Shown here in pieces: positions 20,373 to 30,055 of a stretch of 64,000 nucleotides of DNA. Made by a program: the position numbers and the translations under genes. Source of the stretch: Vulcanimicrobiota bacterium (GTDB lineage: Bacteria > Vulcanimicrobiota > Vulcanimicrobiia > Eremiobacterales > Eremiobacteraceae). Location of the stretch: positions 1,120,001 through 1,184,000 of the forward strand of contig CAWETU010000001.1 in NCBI GenBank assembly GCA_963812135.1, in the 5' to 3' direction. Positions within the stretch are counted from its first letter, which is position 1, and every line of letters starts with the position of its first letter. The notes below the pieces were generated by a model. That model ran no database searches. It had not been told where the DNA came from and worked only from the letters and a program-made list of their open reading frames with translations.

Positions 20373-21957
20373 GCGGCGCCTGCACGGGAGCGGCTGCGAG
20401 CGGCAGGCTCAGCGTGAACACGCTGCCACGTGGCGACGATGGCGCGTATGAGATCGAGCCGCCGTGACTCTCGGCGATGCGGCGCACGATGTACAGGCCA
20501 AGTCCCGTGCCGCCGCCGCGGCGCGCGGTACCGTCACCGTGAAAGCGTTGGAACAGCGTCGCGCGCTCGCTCTCCGGCACGCCGAAACCGTCGTCCTTGA
20601 CGGCGACGACCGCTTCGCCGGCTCGTTCCTCGACCTGCACGAGAATCGTGCCGCCCTCGGGCGTCCATGTGACGGCGTTGGCGATCAGGTTGATCAGCGC
20701 GCGGCGCACTTCGCTCTCGTCGACAAGGCCGAAGGCGCCTTCGCCCTCGACGCGGCACTCGATCTGCCGCGAGCGCCACAGCGACTCAAGTTCGGCCACG
20801 ACGGAGCGGGCGAGCTTGGCGAGATCCGTCGGCCGGCGCTGCTTCGATTCTTCGCGCGATTCGTAACGCGCGACGAGCAGCAACGTTTGCGCGAGCCGTT
20901 CGAGCTCTTCATTCGAGCCCAGCGAACGACGCAACACTTCGACGTACTCCGCCGGCAGGCGGCCGTAGGCGCCCGACAGTGCTTGGCGCATCGTCATGCC
21001 GGCTGCCATCAACGGCGTGCGCAAATCGTGCGAGAGCGCATAGACGATGTCGCGGATGACCTGATTGCGTTCCACGAGTTCGGCGTTGGCCGACTGCACT
21101 TGATCGTTGGTGGACGCGAGCGCCTCGACCAGCCGCGCTTGTTCGATCGCGCGCGCGCCTTGATCGGCAAAGGCCTGGACGAGCGTCTCCAGTTCGCGAT
21201 CGAATTCGCGATCGCGGTCGCGCCATTCGACGAGCAGCACTGCGACCGGCTCCGACCCGGAACCGAGCGGTGCGATAAGCGCCGCCTGCGCGCCGATGTT
21301 TCCGAGCGTGAAACGCGCCAGCGCGTCGGCTTGATTCAAGAACACGATATTGCGATCGTCGAACGCTTTCTGCAGCGCCGTCGACACACCAGGCCCCGGA
21401 CGCTCCGTGCGCGTCTCGACGTCGCCGGACCCACGCGTCACCGCGAACGACGCGCCCGTCAGGCGGCCGCCCTCGACCGGGAACAGCGTCGCAGCATCGC
21501 TGTCGAGCAGCGCGATCGCCTGGCGGACCACTTCACGCCACACCAGCTCGAGGCTGAGCGATTCGCGCATCCGCTCGCCCGCCCGGCGCAACGCGTTCGC
21601 GCGCTTGGCGATCTGGTCGCGCGTCGCCGACTCGCCGGCAAGGCGCGCCGCGCCTTGCGTCGCGACTGCCAGTCCGCCGACGAGCACCGTCGAAAGACCG
21701 GCGAGCACCCGGTCGAGCGTTGCGATCGGATCGTAGTGCCCTTCGTGCAGGCCGTTGTACCAGCCAGCGACAGCGTTAAGGACGAGGCACAGGCCGACCA
21801 TGCCCCACGTGAAGCGCCGGTTGAGCGCCAACGCCGTCAGCGCGACCGGTGCATCGAACAAGATCGCCGCCACGAAGAGCTGCGGCGTGAACAAGTCGAT
21901 GACAAAGGCTGCCAACACCAGCGCGAAACACGCATAAGGTATCCAAGAACGTGGCAC
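20365..21957 (-). CDS. Membrane sensor histidine kinase (about 4 TM + GAF + HisKA + HATPase)
   Basis: N-terminal hydrophobic helices; H-box SHDLRTPL; NLIANA, DDGFG, GGTGLGL; start GTG 21957 is inferred (ORF open to 22083). Confidence 0.88.
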   Translation of the reverse strand: MPRSWIPYACFALVLAAFVIDLFTPQLFVAAILFDAPVALTALALNRRFTWGMVGLCLVLNAVAGWYNGLHEGHYDPIATLDRVLAGLSTVLVGGLAVATQGAARLAGESATRDQIAKRANALRRAGERMRESLSLELVWREVVRQAIALLDSDAATLFPVEGGRLTGASFAVTRGSGDVETRTERPGPGVSTALQKAFDDRNIVFLNQADALARFTLGNIGAQAALIAPLGSGSEPVAVLLVEWRDRDREFDRELETLVQAFADQGARAIEQARLVEALASTNDQVQSANAELVERNQVIRDIVYALSHDLRTPLMAAGMTMRQALSGAYGRLPAEYVEVLRRSLGSNEELERLAQTLLLVARYESREESKQRRPTDLAKLARSVVAELESLWRSRQIECRVEGEGAFGLVDESEVRRALINLIANAVTWTPEGGTILVQVEERAGEAVVAVKDDGFGVPESERATLFQRFHGDGTARRGGGTGLGLYIVRRIAESHGGSISYAPSSPRGSVFTLSLPLAAAPVQAPHG

Positions 21958-22030
21958 ATGCCCGGCTTCGGTGGAGGGCGGTTCGACCCATGCGCATGGA
22001 CGGCGTTTAGCGAGCGCGAACACGCCAAAC

Positions 22031-24154
22031 GTGGATGCCATAGACTCGCGCGCTAAAACCGCCGCCGCCCTCCTGTCCGACATCGGCGAAGGACCGCGCC
22101 TCCGGGTCTATCTCGGCATCGCACCGGGCGCCGGTAAGACGCGCCGGATGCTCGAGGACGCGCTCGCGTTGAAAAAGAGCGGGCGGCGCGTCTACATCGG
22201 GGCTCTTGAGACCAAGGGCCGGCCCGACCTCACCGAGCTCGCGGCGTCGCTGCCGCGCATCCCGCCGCGTCAAGTCAACATGTCCGGCTCGACGTTCGAA
22301 GAGTTCGATTTCGATGCAGCGCTCGCAGCGAAGCCGGACATCGTCGTGCTCGACGAGCTCGCGCATTCGAACCTTCCCGGATCGCGACACGCGAAGCGCT
22401 GGCAAGACGCTGCGACGCTGATCAAAAACGGCATCGGCGTGCTTGGGGCGGTCAACGTGCAGCACATCGAATCGGTTGCGCCGACCGCGGAGCGCATCAT
22501 CGGTTTCCCAGTCCGGGAAATCGTGCCGATGTCGTTCGTCAAAGACGTGGATCAACTGGTCGCCGTCGACGTATCTCCGGACCAGTTGCAAGCGCGGCTG
22601 CGTGAAGGCAAGATCGTGAGGAAGGAAGACATCGACCGAGCGCTCGCCGGACCATTCCGGCTTGCCGCCCTCACATCGATGCGCGAACTGATGCTGCGCC
22701 TGGTCGATGACTTCACGATTCCCGAAGTGGCTCCGACGCGCGTGTCAACCGTCGTCGCCTTGCTCACCGACGGCGTCGACGCGAATGCGTACTTGAGGCG
22801 CGTCGCAGCGATCGGTTCCGTTTTCGATCTGATCGTCGAGGTCGCGTGCGAACCGGACATGAACCGCGACGTCTGCGAAGCGGCGACTGCGAAATGCGGC
22901 GCAAAGAGCGTCGCGTGGCCCTCCGGTGGTGCGACGCCGCAGGTCGAGTCGCTCTCCGGCGCATTGATCGCGATGCCGCATGGCGATCTCGCCCGCACGC
23001 TGTTGAGCCGCGGCGTCGACCGCGACATCCTCGTCGCGAGCGATCGGCCGTTGGCGAACAGCGGCAGCGCGGCGAACGAGGCAGCGCCCAGCGCGCAACG
23101 CGGCGAGAACAAGTTGCGCAGTGCGTACGGCCGGCTCACGATCTATCTCGGATCTGCCGCGGGCAGCGGGAAGACCTACGCGATGCTCGATCGCGCCCAT
23201 CAGCTTAAAGACGCGGGCATCGACGTCGTGGTCGGCTACGTCGAGACGCACAAACGCGCCGAGACGGCGCGCAAGCTCGAAGGCCTCGAAGTGGTGCCGC
23301 GCAAGCTCAGCATCTTCAACGGCATCGAGTACGAAGAGATGGATCGGGCCGCGATCATCGCTCGCCATCCGCAGGTCGCGCTCGTCGACGAACTCGCGCA
23401 TACGAACGCGCCGGGCAGCATTTCCACGAAGCGCTATATGGACGTGTTCGCGCTGCAAGCGGCCGGCATCTCCGTGCTGACGACGCTCAACATCCAGCAT
23501 CTCGAAGGACTCGGCGATTCCGTGACTCGGCTGACGGGCGTCACGGTGCGCGAGACGGTGCCCGATTGGATCCTCGAGATGGCGGACGACCTCATCCTGA
23601 TCGACGTCTCACCGGAGATCCTGCGCGAGCGCCTTCGCGCCGGCTTCATCTATCCGACCAATCGCATCGAAGCGTCGTTGTCGAACTTCTTCCGGACGGA
23701 GAATCTCGCGGCGCTGCGCGAACTCGCCTTGCGCGAGACGCTGCGCACGCGGACATTGGAACCGAAACCGTCGCCGGTCGACGCGCTCGTGCTCGGGGTG
23801 GGGCCGCGCCAGCGCGACGTGAAGCTCATCTTACGCGGCGCGAAACTGCAGGCCCGGCTCGACGCGGAGTACACCGTTGTGCACATCCAGGAGAAGGGAC
23901 GAGTGACACCACCAGCCGTGCTGGCCGATCTCAAGGCCGCGGCGGAGGCGGTGCAGGCGCGTTGGATCTATGCGAGTGCGGCCGATGCCGCCAAAGCGAT
24001 CGTGCCGCTCGCCCGCGAGCGCAACGCACTGCTGGCCGTCGAAGGTGCGCGCGCCACGCCGCGCTGGCCGCGCGGCCCGACGTTTGCGCGGCGCGTGCTC
24101 GAAGCCGGAGCGCGTGAGCTGCTCGTGCTCGCGCCGCCGCCGAGCGCGTCTTAG
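22031..24154 (+). CDS. Soluble protein with two tandem KdpD N-terminal (K+/ATP-sensing) domains, each followed by a USP-like domain; no TM or kinase domain
   Basis: LRVYLGIAPGAGKT..DELAHSN..KRWQD..NVQHIES and LTIYLGSAAGSGKT..DELAHTN..KRYMD..NIQHLE..NFF..NL.ALRELAL. Confidence 0.87.
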   Translation: MDAIDSRAKTAAALLSDIGEGPRLRVYLGIAPGAGKTRRMLEDALALKKSGRRVYIGALETKGRPDLTELAASLPRIPPRQVNMSGSTFEEFDFDAALAAKPDIVVLDELAHSNLPGSRHAKRWQDAATLIKNGIGVLGAVNVQHIESVAPTAERIIGFPVREIVPMSFVKDVDQLVAVDVSPDQLQARLREGKIVRKEDIDRALAGPFRLAALTSMRELMLRLVDDFTIPEVAPTRVSTVVALLTDGVDANAYLRRVAAIGSVFDLIVEVACEPDMNRDVCEAATAKCGAKSVAWPSGGATPQVESLSGALIAMPHGDLARTLLSRGVDRDILVASDRPLANSGSAANEAAPSAQRGENKLRSAYGRLTIYLGSAAGSGKTYAMLDRAHQLKDAGIDVVVGYVETHKRAETARKLEGLEVVPRKLSIFNGIEYEEMDRAAIIARHPQVALVDELAHTNAPGSISTKRYMDVFALQAAGISVLTTLNIQHLEGLGDSVTRLTGVTVRETVPDWILEMADDLILIDVSPEILRERLRAGFIYPTNRIEASLSNFFRTENLAALRELALRETLRTRTLEPKPSPVDALVLGVGPRQRDVKLILRGAKLQARLDAEYTVVHIQEKGRVTPPAVLADLKAAAEAVQARWIYASAADAAKAIVPLARERNALLAVEGARATPRWPRGPTFARRVLEAGARELLVLAPPPSAS

Positions 24155-25344
24155 AGCTGCACGCCGGCCTCGACAGCCGTGCGGAACTGGCTCGCGCTGG
24201 TGCCGAACGTCAGTCCAGGCGTGTAGTAGCCCGGCCACGCGTCCGAAAAGTCGACCCGCGCGAACACCGGTCCATTCTTCCATTCGGGCGTGAGCGTCAG
24301 CGTGTTGACGCCGCTGCCTGGACCGTAGCCGACGAGGTCAGCGTTCAGGCTGGTGGCACCTGGCATGCTCGAGTTGTGCAACGTCTCATAGCGCAGCGCC
24401 GTCGACCACTTGCTCGAAAAGCTCATCTGGGCGAGCAGCGCTGCGCCAAACGCACTTTCAGAGCTCGTATATCCGAGGCCCGGTGCTGCCGGGGAGTTGG
24501 CCCACAGGACATACGGCGCGATCTGCAGCTTCCCGAGCGTGCGCGTATAGACGAGATTGAATAGCTGCTTGTTCGCGACCGATGCGGTCGGGTTCGGTGG
24601 CGTCTGTGCGTTGGGCAGGAGCGCGACGAACAATAACGACTCGTTCGAATCGGGCACGTAGTTGAGCGCGCCCTCCGCCGCCACCCAGCTCCCCGAATAG
24701 AAGCCATCGTTCGCGCCGGCGGTCACGGTGAGTTTGCCAGTCGTGAAGTTCGCGCGCACGCCGCGGCTCACCGCGTTCTCGACATTCCACACGGCGCCGC
24801 GCTGAATGTTCCAGTCCTCGTACGTGAAGGTGGATTCCGCGCCGGTCAGCGTCGCGAGGACGCCGGCGCTGACGTTGAAGTTCGAGCTCGGCACGTACTC
24901 GAGATATGCCAGCGGTACCGGTCCGTACAGGCCGGTGTTCGCGTTGCTCGCGATCGTTTTATTACCCGCGAAGCCGACCACCGGAATGCTGTATGCGCCT
25001 GCCTGCAGCGCGTACTGCAGCGTCCCTTGGGTCTTCGTCAAGATGGCGAACGCATTGCTGACGTTGAAACGCGATGCGACGTCGGCACCGCTCGGCGTGT
25101 CGAAGCTGCCCGTCACGTTGACGCCGCTGGTGAAGATCTCCGTTGCGCTGAACACACCGTGCAGTTGGACGGCTGGAGAGGGTGATGGCGAAGGCGTAGG
25201 CGCGGGTGTGGGTGTGGGCGGCGGCGTTGCCGAGTAGTGGATCGGCGACGGGCTGGCGGCTGGGGCCGCCGGTTGGTCCGCAAGTGCGAGCGCCGGGAAG
25301 GCGGCGCCTGCGATGGTCGCTGCCAGGAGGGTCAGGATGCGCAT
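24151..25344 (-). CDS. Outer-membrane beta-barrel porin-like protein, last gene of the kdp operon
   Basis: Signal peptide (ALA), Pro-rich linker, beta-strand pattern with GAES.F.Y..WN..RG, C-terminal strand AVEAGVQL; 8 nt after kdpC. Confidence 0.72.
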   Translation of the reverse strand: MRILTLLAATIAGAAFPALALADQPAAPAASPSPIHYSATPPPTPTPAPTPSPSPSPAVQLHGVFSATEIFTSGVNVTGSFDTPSGADVASRFNVSNAFAILTKTQGTLQYALQAGAYSIPVVGFAGNKTIASNANTGLYGPVPLAYLEYVPSSNFNVSAGVLATLTGAESTFTYEDWNIQRGAVWNVENAVSRGVRANFTTGKLTVTAGANDGFYSGSWVAAEGALNYVPDSNESLLFVALLPNAQTPPNPTASVANKQLFNLVYTRTLGKLQIAPYVLWANSPAAPGLGYTSSESAFGAALLAQMSFSSKWSTALRYETLHNSSMPGATSLNADLVGYGPGSGVNTLTLTPEWKNGPVFARVDFSDAWPGYYTPGLTFGTSASQFRTAVEAGVQL

Positions 25345-25352
25345 TATTCGAG

Positions 25353-25952
25353 CTATCGCTTTCCAGCGTCGAGCGCCAGGTTGAGTTCTAGGACGTTGAC
25401 GCGCGGCTCGCCCAGAAATCCGAGCGTGCGCGGCTGCACGTGCTGGTCGATGATGGCGCGGACTTGCGCCAGCGTCATGCCGCGCGCGGCCGCCACGCGC
25501 GGCGCTTCGTAATATGCCGCGTCTGGACTGATGTCCGGATCGATGCCGCTCGCGCTCGAGGTCACGAGGTCCATCGGGATCGGACCCGTGGCTTGAGGGT
25601 TCTCCTTGCGCAGCGCGACGATCGCCGCTCTAGTCGAATCGATGAGCTTCTTGGACGTCGGTGCGAGGTTGGTCGCGCCGGTCGACGTCGGGTCGTAGCC
25701 CTTGCCCGCAGCAGACGGTCGACCGTGGAAATATTGTGGTTTAGTCCACAGCTGCCCAATGATGGACGATGCGACCGGCTTGCCGTTGACGTACACAAAC
25801 GACCCGTTGGCTTGGTTGTGGAAGAGCAGCTGCGCGACGACCGTCATGACGAGAGGATACACGAGCCCGAGCAACACGACGCTGAGGGCCGTGTAGATCA
25901 AAGCGGTGAGCAGATGGCTCGCGGTGTTGTCTTTGATTTCTTGCGCGTTCAT
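25353..25952 (-). CDS. kdpC: K+-transporting ATPase subunit C
   Basis: YPL..T...Q..F..QANGS, YFHGRPSA, SASGIDPDIS, GEPRVNVLELNLALD. Confidence 0.97.
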   Translation of the reverse strand: MNAQEIKDNTASHLLTALIYTALSVVLLGLVYPLVMTVVAQLLFHNQANGSFVYVNGKPVASSIIGQLWTKPQYFHGRPSAAGKGYDPTSTGATNLAPTSKKLIDSTRAAIVALRKENPQATGPIPMDLVTSSASGIDPDISPDAAYYEAPRVAAARGMTLAQVRAIIDQHVQPRTLGFLGEPRVNVLELNLALDAGKR

Positions 25953-25965
25953 CGTCGTACGATCC

Positions 25966-28014
25966 TTACGTGAAGTGGAGCAGCGCGAGCAGCATGTCGA
26001 TCGCCTTGATGCCGATGAAGGGGACGATCACGCCACCGACGCCGTAGAGAAGAACATTGTTGCGCAGCACGATGTTCGCGCCGATCGGCCGGTACGCGAC
26101 GCCGCGCAGCGCGAGCGGGATCAACGCCACGATGATGAGGGCGTTGAAGATGACCGCTGAGAGGATCGCGCTCGACGGATTCAACCGCATAATGTTAAGC
26201 GCGTTGATCACCGGATACGCGACGCCGAACATGACGGGCAAGATCGCGAAGTATTTCGCCACGTCGTTGGCGATCGAGAACGTCGTCAGCGCGCCGCGCG
26301 TCATCAGCAGCTGTTTGCCGATCTCGACGATCTCGATGAGCTTGGTGGGATCGGAATCCAGATCCACCATGTTGGCCGCTTCTTTGGCCGCCTGCGTGCC
26401 CGAGTTCATCGCGACGCCGACGTCCGCTTGGGCGAGCGCGGGCGCGTCGTTCGTGCCGTCGCCGGTCATGGCGACGAGCCGGCCGCTCTCCTGCTCGCGC
26501 TTGATCAACGACATCTTGGTCTCGGGCGTGGCTTCAGCGAGGAAGTCGTCGACGCCTGACTCGCGCGCGATCGTGCCCGCGGTGAGCGGGTTGTCGCCCG
26601 TGATCATGATCGTGCGGATGCCCATGGCGCGCAGCCGGTCGAAGCGCTGCTGCATCGCGGGCTTGAGGATGTCTTTGAGCTGGATGACGGCCAGCACTTT
26701 GCCGTCTTGCGCCAGCAATAACGGAGTGCCGCCGGCGCGCGCGATGCGCTCGACGTCGGCGCCGAGCACGTCGCCGCTGTCGCCGCCGCGCTCGCGCGCC
26801 CACGCGCGGATCGCGTCGGGCGCGCCCTTGCGGATGGAGGGTCCGCCCGCGATGTCGACGCCGCTCATGCGCGTGTACGCGGAGAACGTCACGAACGTCG
26901 CCTCTTGCGGCTTGCCGGCGAGCGCCGCGCCGAACTGCTCCGCGAGCACGACGATCGAGCGGCCTTCCGGGGTCTCGTCCGACAGCGAGGAAAGGTACGC
27001 CGCGCGTGCGACGTCTTCAATGGCCACGCCGGGCGCCGGCAAGAACTCCGTGGCTTGCCGATTGCCGAGGGTGATCGTGCCGGTCTTGTCGAGCAACAGA
27101 GTGTCGACGTCGCCGGCGGCTTCCACTGCGCGGCCGCTCATCGCAAGCACGTTGCGCTGCAGCACGCGATCCATGCCGGCGATGCCAATGGCCGAGAGCA
27201 GACCGCCGATGGTGGTCGGGATCAAGCACACGAGCAGGGCGATCAGCACGGTGACCGATTGCGCCGTGCCGGCATAGAGGGAGAACGGCGACAGCGTCGC
27301 GACCGCGACGAGGAAGATGATCGTGAGGCCAGAGATCAGGATCGACAGCGCGATCTCGTTCGGCGTCTTCTGGCGCTTGGCGCCTTCGACCAACGCGATC
27401 ATGCGGTCGAGGAACGCCTCGCCGGGATTGGCGGTGACTTGTACCAGGATTGCATCCGAAAGCACTCGCGTGCCGCCCGTCACCGAACTGCGATCGCCGC
27501 CCGCTTCGCGGATGACGGGCGCAGACTCGCCGGTGATCGCCGATTCGTCGACCGTCGCCGCACCCTCGACCACGTCCCCGTCGGCCGCGATCAGTTCGCC
27601 CGCGACCACGCGGAACACGTCGCCTTTGTGCAGGTCGGTCGAGCTGACGGTCTCCTCGCGGCCGTCGACGATGCGCCGCGCCTTGGTGTCGGTCTTGGTG
27701 CGCCGCAAGAAGTCGGCCTGGGCCTTGCCGCGTCCTTCGGCGACGGCCTCGGCGAAGTTCGCGAACAAGACGGTGAACCACAGCCAGATCGAGATGGCGA
27801 AATCAAAGCCTGCCGGACCGTGCGTGCGCAGATCGCGGAAGAAGAACCCCAGCGTGACGAGCGCGCCGATCTCGCAGACGAACATGACCGGATTGCGGAA
27901 CTGCCAGCGCGGATCGAGCTTGCGGAACGAATCGACGACCGCGCGCGTCAGGATCGCGCGGTCGAAGAGCGAGCGCGCTTTGGGCCGGCGCTCGAGCCGT
28001 CGCTCCGAGATCAT
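25966..28014 (-). CDS. kdpB: K+-transporting ATPase subunit B
   Basis: [40 protein letters not shown]. Confidence 0.98.
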   Translation of the reverse strand: MISERRLERRPKARSLFDRAILTRAVVDSFRKLDPRWQFRNPVMFVCEIGALVTLGFFFRDLRTHGPAGFDFAISIWLWFTVLFANFAEAVAEGRGKAQADFLRRTKTDTKARRIVDGREETVSSTDLHKGDVFRVVAGELIAADGDVVEGAATVDESAITGESAPVIREAGGDRSSVTGGTRVLSDAILVQVTANPGEAFLDRMIALVEGAKRQKTPNEIALSILISGLTIIFLVAVATLSPFSLYAGTAQSVTVLIALLVCLIPTTIGGLLSAIGIAGMDRVLQRNVLAMSGRAVEAAGDVDTLLLDKTGTITLGNRQATEFLPAPGVAIEDVARAAYLSSLSDETPEGRSIVVLAEQFGAALAGKPQEATFVTFSAYTRMSGVDIAGGPSIRKGAPDAIRAWARERGGDSGDVLGADVERIARAGGTPLLLAQDGKVLAVIQLKDILKPAMQQRFDRLRAMGIRTIMITGDNPLTAGTIARESGVDDFLAEATPETKMSLIKREQESGRLVAMTGDGTNDAPALAQADVGVAMNSGTQAAKEAANMVDLDSDPTKLIEIVEIGKQLLMTRGALTTFSIANDVAKYFAILPVMFGVAYPVINALNIMRLNPSSAILSAVIFNALIIVALIPLALRGVAYRPIGANIVLRNNVLLYGVGGVIVPFIGIKAIDMLLALLHFT

Positions 28015-29715
28015 CTAAAACGTCTTTCCTTGCAGCATGAGGAGATGTTCCACGATCGGGCCGAGCGCGTCGGCTGGGAAGAACGTGAGCGCGCCGACGA
28101 TGACGATCACGCCGAGGAGCAGGCCGACGAAGATCGGCGAGTGCGTCTGGAACGTGCCGGTGGTCTCCGGCGTCCGCGGCTTGCCGGCGAGCGATCCCGC
28201 CAGCAGCACCGCCGGGATGAGGAACAAGAATCTGCCGCACAGCATCACGACGCCCATCACGATGTTGAAGTACAGGTTGCCGCCCAGACCGGCGAACGCG
28301 CTGCCGTTGTTCTCGGTGGTCGACGTGAAACCGTAGAGCAGCTCCGAGAACCCGTGCGCGCTCGCGTTTCCGAGCGTGGCAGTACCGGCCGGCACCAACA
28401 CCGAGATCGCGACCGGAATAAGCGCGAAGAACGGCAGCACGAGTGCTCCGAGGATCGCGAGCTGCACTTGGTTGCGCTCGATCTTCTTGCCGAGATACTC
28501 AGGCGTGCGCCCGACCATCAGTCCGGCGATGAACACCGTGAGCACGACGAAAAGGATCATGCCGTACAAGCCCGTGCCGACGCCGCCAAATACCACCTCG
28601 CCCAACTGCATGTTCACAAGCGGCACGAGGCCGCCGAGCGGCGTGAACGAGTCGTGCATCGAGTTGACCGCGCCGCACGACGTATCCGTGGTGACCGTCG
28701 CGAACAGCGAAGATGCGCCGATGCCGAAGCGGCACTCTTTGCCTTCCATGTTGCCGCCGGCGACACCGAGCGCGTGAACCGTCGGATTGCCCGCTGCTTC
28801 AGCGGCGTACGCGACCGCGAATCCGGCGGCGAACAGGATCGCCATCGCGACGAACAGCGCCCAGCCCTGGCGCTGATCCTTCGCGTAGCGGCCGTAGGTG
28901 TACGTCAGCCCCGCGCCGATCGCGAAGATGAGGAACATCTCGAACAGGTTGCTGAACGGCGTCGGGTTCTCGTTGGGCGACGCGGAGTTCGCGTTGACGA
29001 AGCCGCCGCCGTTGGTGCCGAGCTCCTTGATCACTTCTTGCGACGCCATCGGCCCGCCGGTCAGCGACTGCTTGAAGCCTTCGATCGAGGCGACGTCCTG
29101 ATAGGAATGGAAGTTCTGCGGCACGCCCTGCCACACGAGCAGCAGACAGCCCACCACGCTGATGGGCACTAAGATGTAGAGCGCCGCGCGCGTGACGTCC
29201 ACCCAGAAGTTGCCGACCGTCGTCTTATCCGTGCGGCACACGCCGCGGATGACCGCGATCGCGATCGTGATGCCGACCGCTGCGGATGCGAAGTTGTGCC
29301 AGGCGAGACCGGCCATCTGCGAGAGATAGCTCATCGTGCTCTCGCCCGAATAGAACTGCCAGTTCGTGTTCGTCGTGAAGCTGACCGCGACGTTCCAGGC
29401 GTTGTCTGGGGTGAGATTGTCGAAGTGTTGCGGATTGAGCGGCAGCCATTTCTGAGTGCGCAGCAGCGCGTACAGATATGCGAGGCCGACGAGGCTAAAC
29501 GCGAGCGTTGCGAGCAAATAGGATGCCGCCGACATCTCCTTGGCCGGGTCGACGCGACACATGCGATAGATGAGCCGCTCGACCGGCGCGAGCACAGGCG
29601 TCAGAAGGGTGCGCCCGCCCTCGAACACGCGCTCCATGTACGATCCAAGCACGGGCGTGACCAGCACGACGAGCGCGAAAAAGACGAGGGCCTGAAGCCA
29701 GCCGTAGACGCTCAT
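28015..29715 (-). CDS. kdpA: K+-transporting ATPase subunit A
   Basis: SFTTNTNWQ.YSGE, KELGTNGGG, GAVNSMHDS, GRTPEYLGKKI, NNGSAF. Confidence 0.98.
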   Translation of the reverse strand: MSVYGWLQALVFFALVVLVTPVLGSYMERVFEGGRTLLTPVLAPVERLIYRMCRVDPAKEMSAASYLLATLAFSLVGLAYLYALLRTQKWLPLNPQHFDNLTPDNAWNVAVSFTTNTNWQFYSGESTMSYLSQMAGLAWHNFASAAVGITIAIAVIRGVCRTDKTTVGNFWVDVTRAALYILVPISVVGCLLLVWQGVPQNFHSYQDVASIEGFKQSLTGGPMASQEVIKELGTNGGGFVNANSASPNENPTPFSNLFEMFLIFAIGAGLTYTYGRYAKDQRQGWALFVAMAILFAAGFAVAYAAEAAGNPTVHALGVAGGNMEGKECRFGIGASSLFATVTTDTSCGAVNSMHDSFTPLGGLVPLVNMQLGEVVFGGVGTGLYGMILFVVLTVFIAGLMVGRTPEYLGKKIERNQVQLAILGALVLPFFALIPVAISVLVPAGTATLGNASAHGFSELLYGFTSTTENNGSAFAGLGGNLYFNIVMGVVMLCGRFLFLIPAVLLAGSLAGKPRTPETTGTFQTHSPIFVGLLLGVIVIVGALTFFPADALGPIVEHLLMLQGKTF

Positions 29716-29725
29716 GCCGGCGCTC

Positions 29726-29812
29726 CTAGAACTTCTCGGGGCGCAGCATCGCGTACGCCAAGTACCACAAGCCGAGCAGCGTGAGCACGAGCCCGATGAT
29801 CTGGTCGACCAC
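29726..29812 (-). CDS. kdpF: KdpF peptide, MVDQIIGLVLTLLGLWYLAYAMLRPEKF (28 aa)
   Basis: Translated by hand; YL..AML.PE.F signature; directly upstream of kdpA. Confidence 0.92.
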   Translation of the reverse strand: MVDQIIGLVLTLLGLWYLAYAMLRPEKF

Positions 29813-29896
29813 TTAGAGCCGCTCCAAGCCGACCGTGTAGCGGTCGAACGCGTAGAAGATCACGACGGTGCACACGATGAGGATGAGGTCGAGCAT
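29813..29896 (-). CDS. Small hydrophobic peptide upstream of kdpF, MLDLILIVCTVVIFYAFDRYTVGLERL (27 aa)
   Basis: Single TM segment; stop abuts the kdpF start; resembles extra kdp-operon peptides ending Y...ERL. Confidence 0.7.
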   Translation of the reverse strand: MLDLILIVCTVVIFYAFDRYTVGLERL

Positions 29897-29931
29897 GCTG
29901 AAAACCCCGGCGGAGAATTTTGTCCACACGC

Positions 29932-29940
29932 ATCCTACCA
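29932..29940 (-). promoter_or_regulatory. Putative extended -10 element of the kdp operon (TGgTAGGAT)
   Basis: TGn + TAnnnT about 35 nt upstream of the first small ORF. Confidence 0.4.
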
Positions 29941-30055
29941 CGCGGCGTGCGGCGGGGCCATCCGCCGAACGGTTCATCCATTTGGACGCCTGCTGCAAGC
30001 GCACCGGATGGGACGCGGGGACAAGCCGTCGAGCGCGCAGAAATGGCCTCGCGTA

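Noticed and set aside
29837..29848. GTAGCGGTCGAA matching the REP 5' arm
   Set aside because: No complementary second arm; explained by FDRY codons of the small kdp peptide
29897..30055. c-di-AMP riboswitch ahead of kdp
   Set aside because: No recognisable consensus, and the putative promoter leaves only about 30 nt of leader
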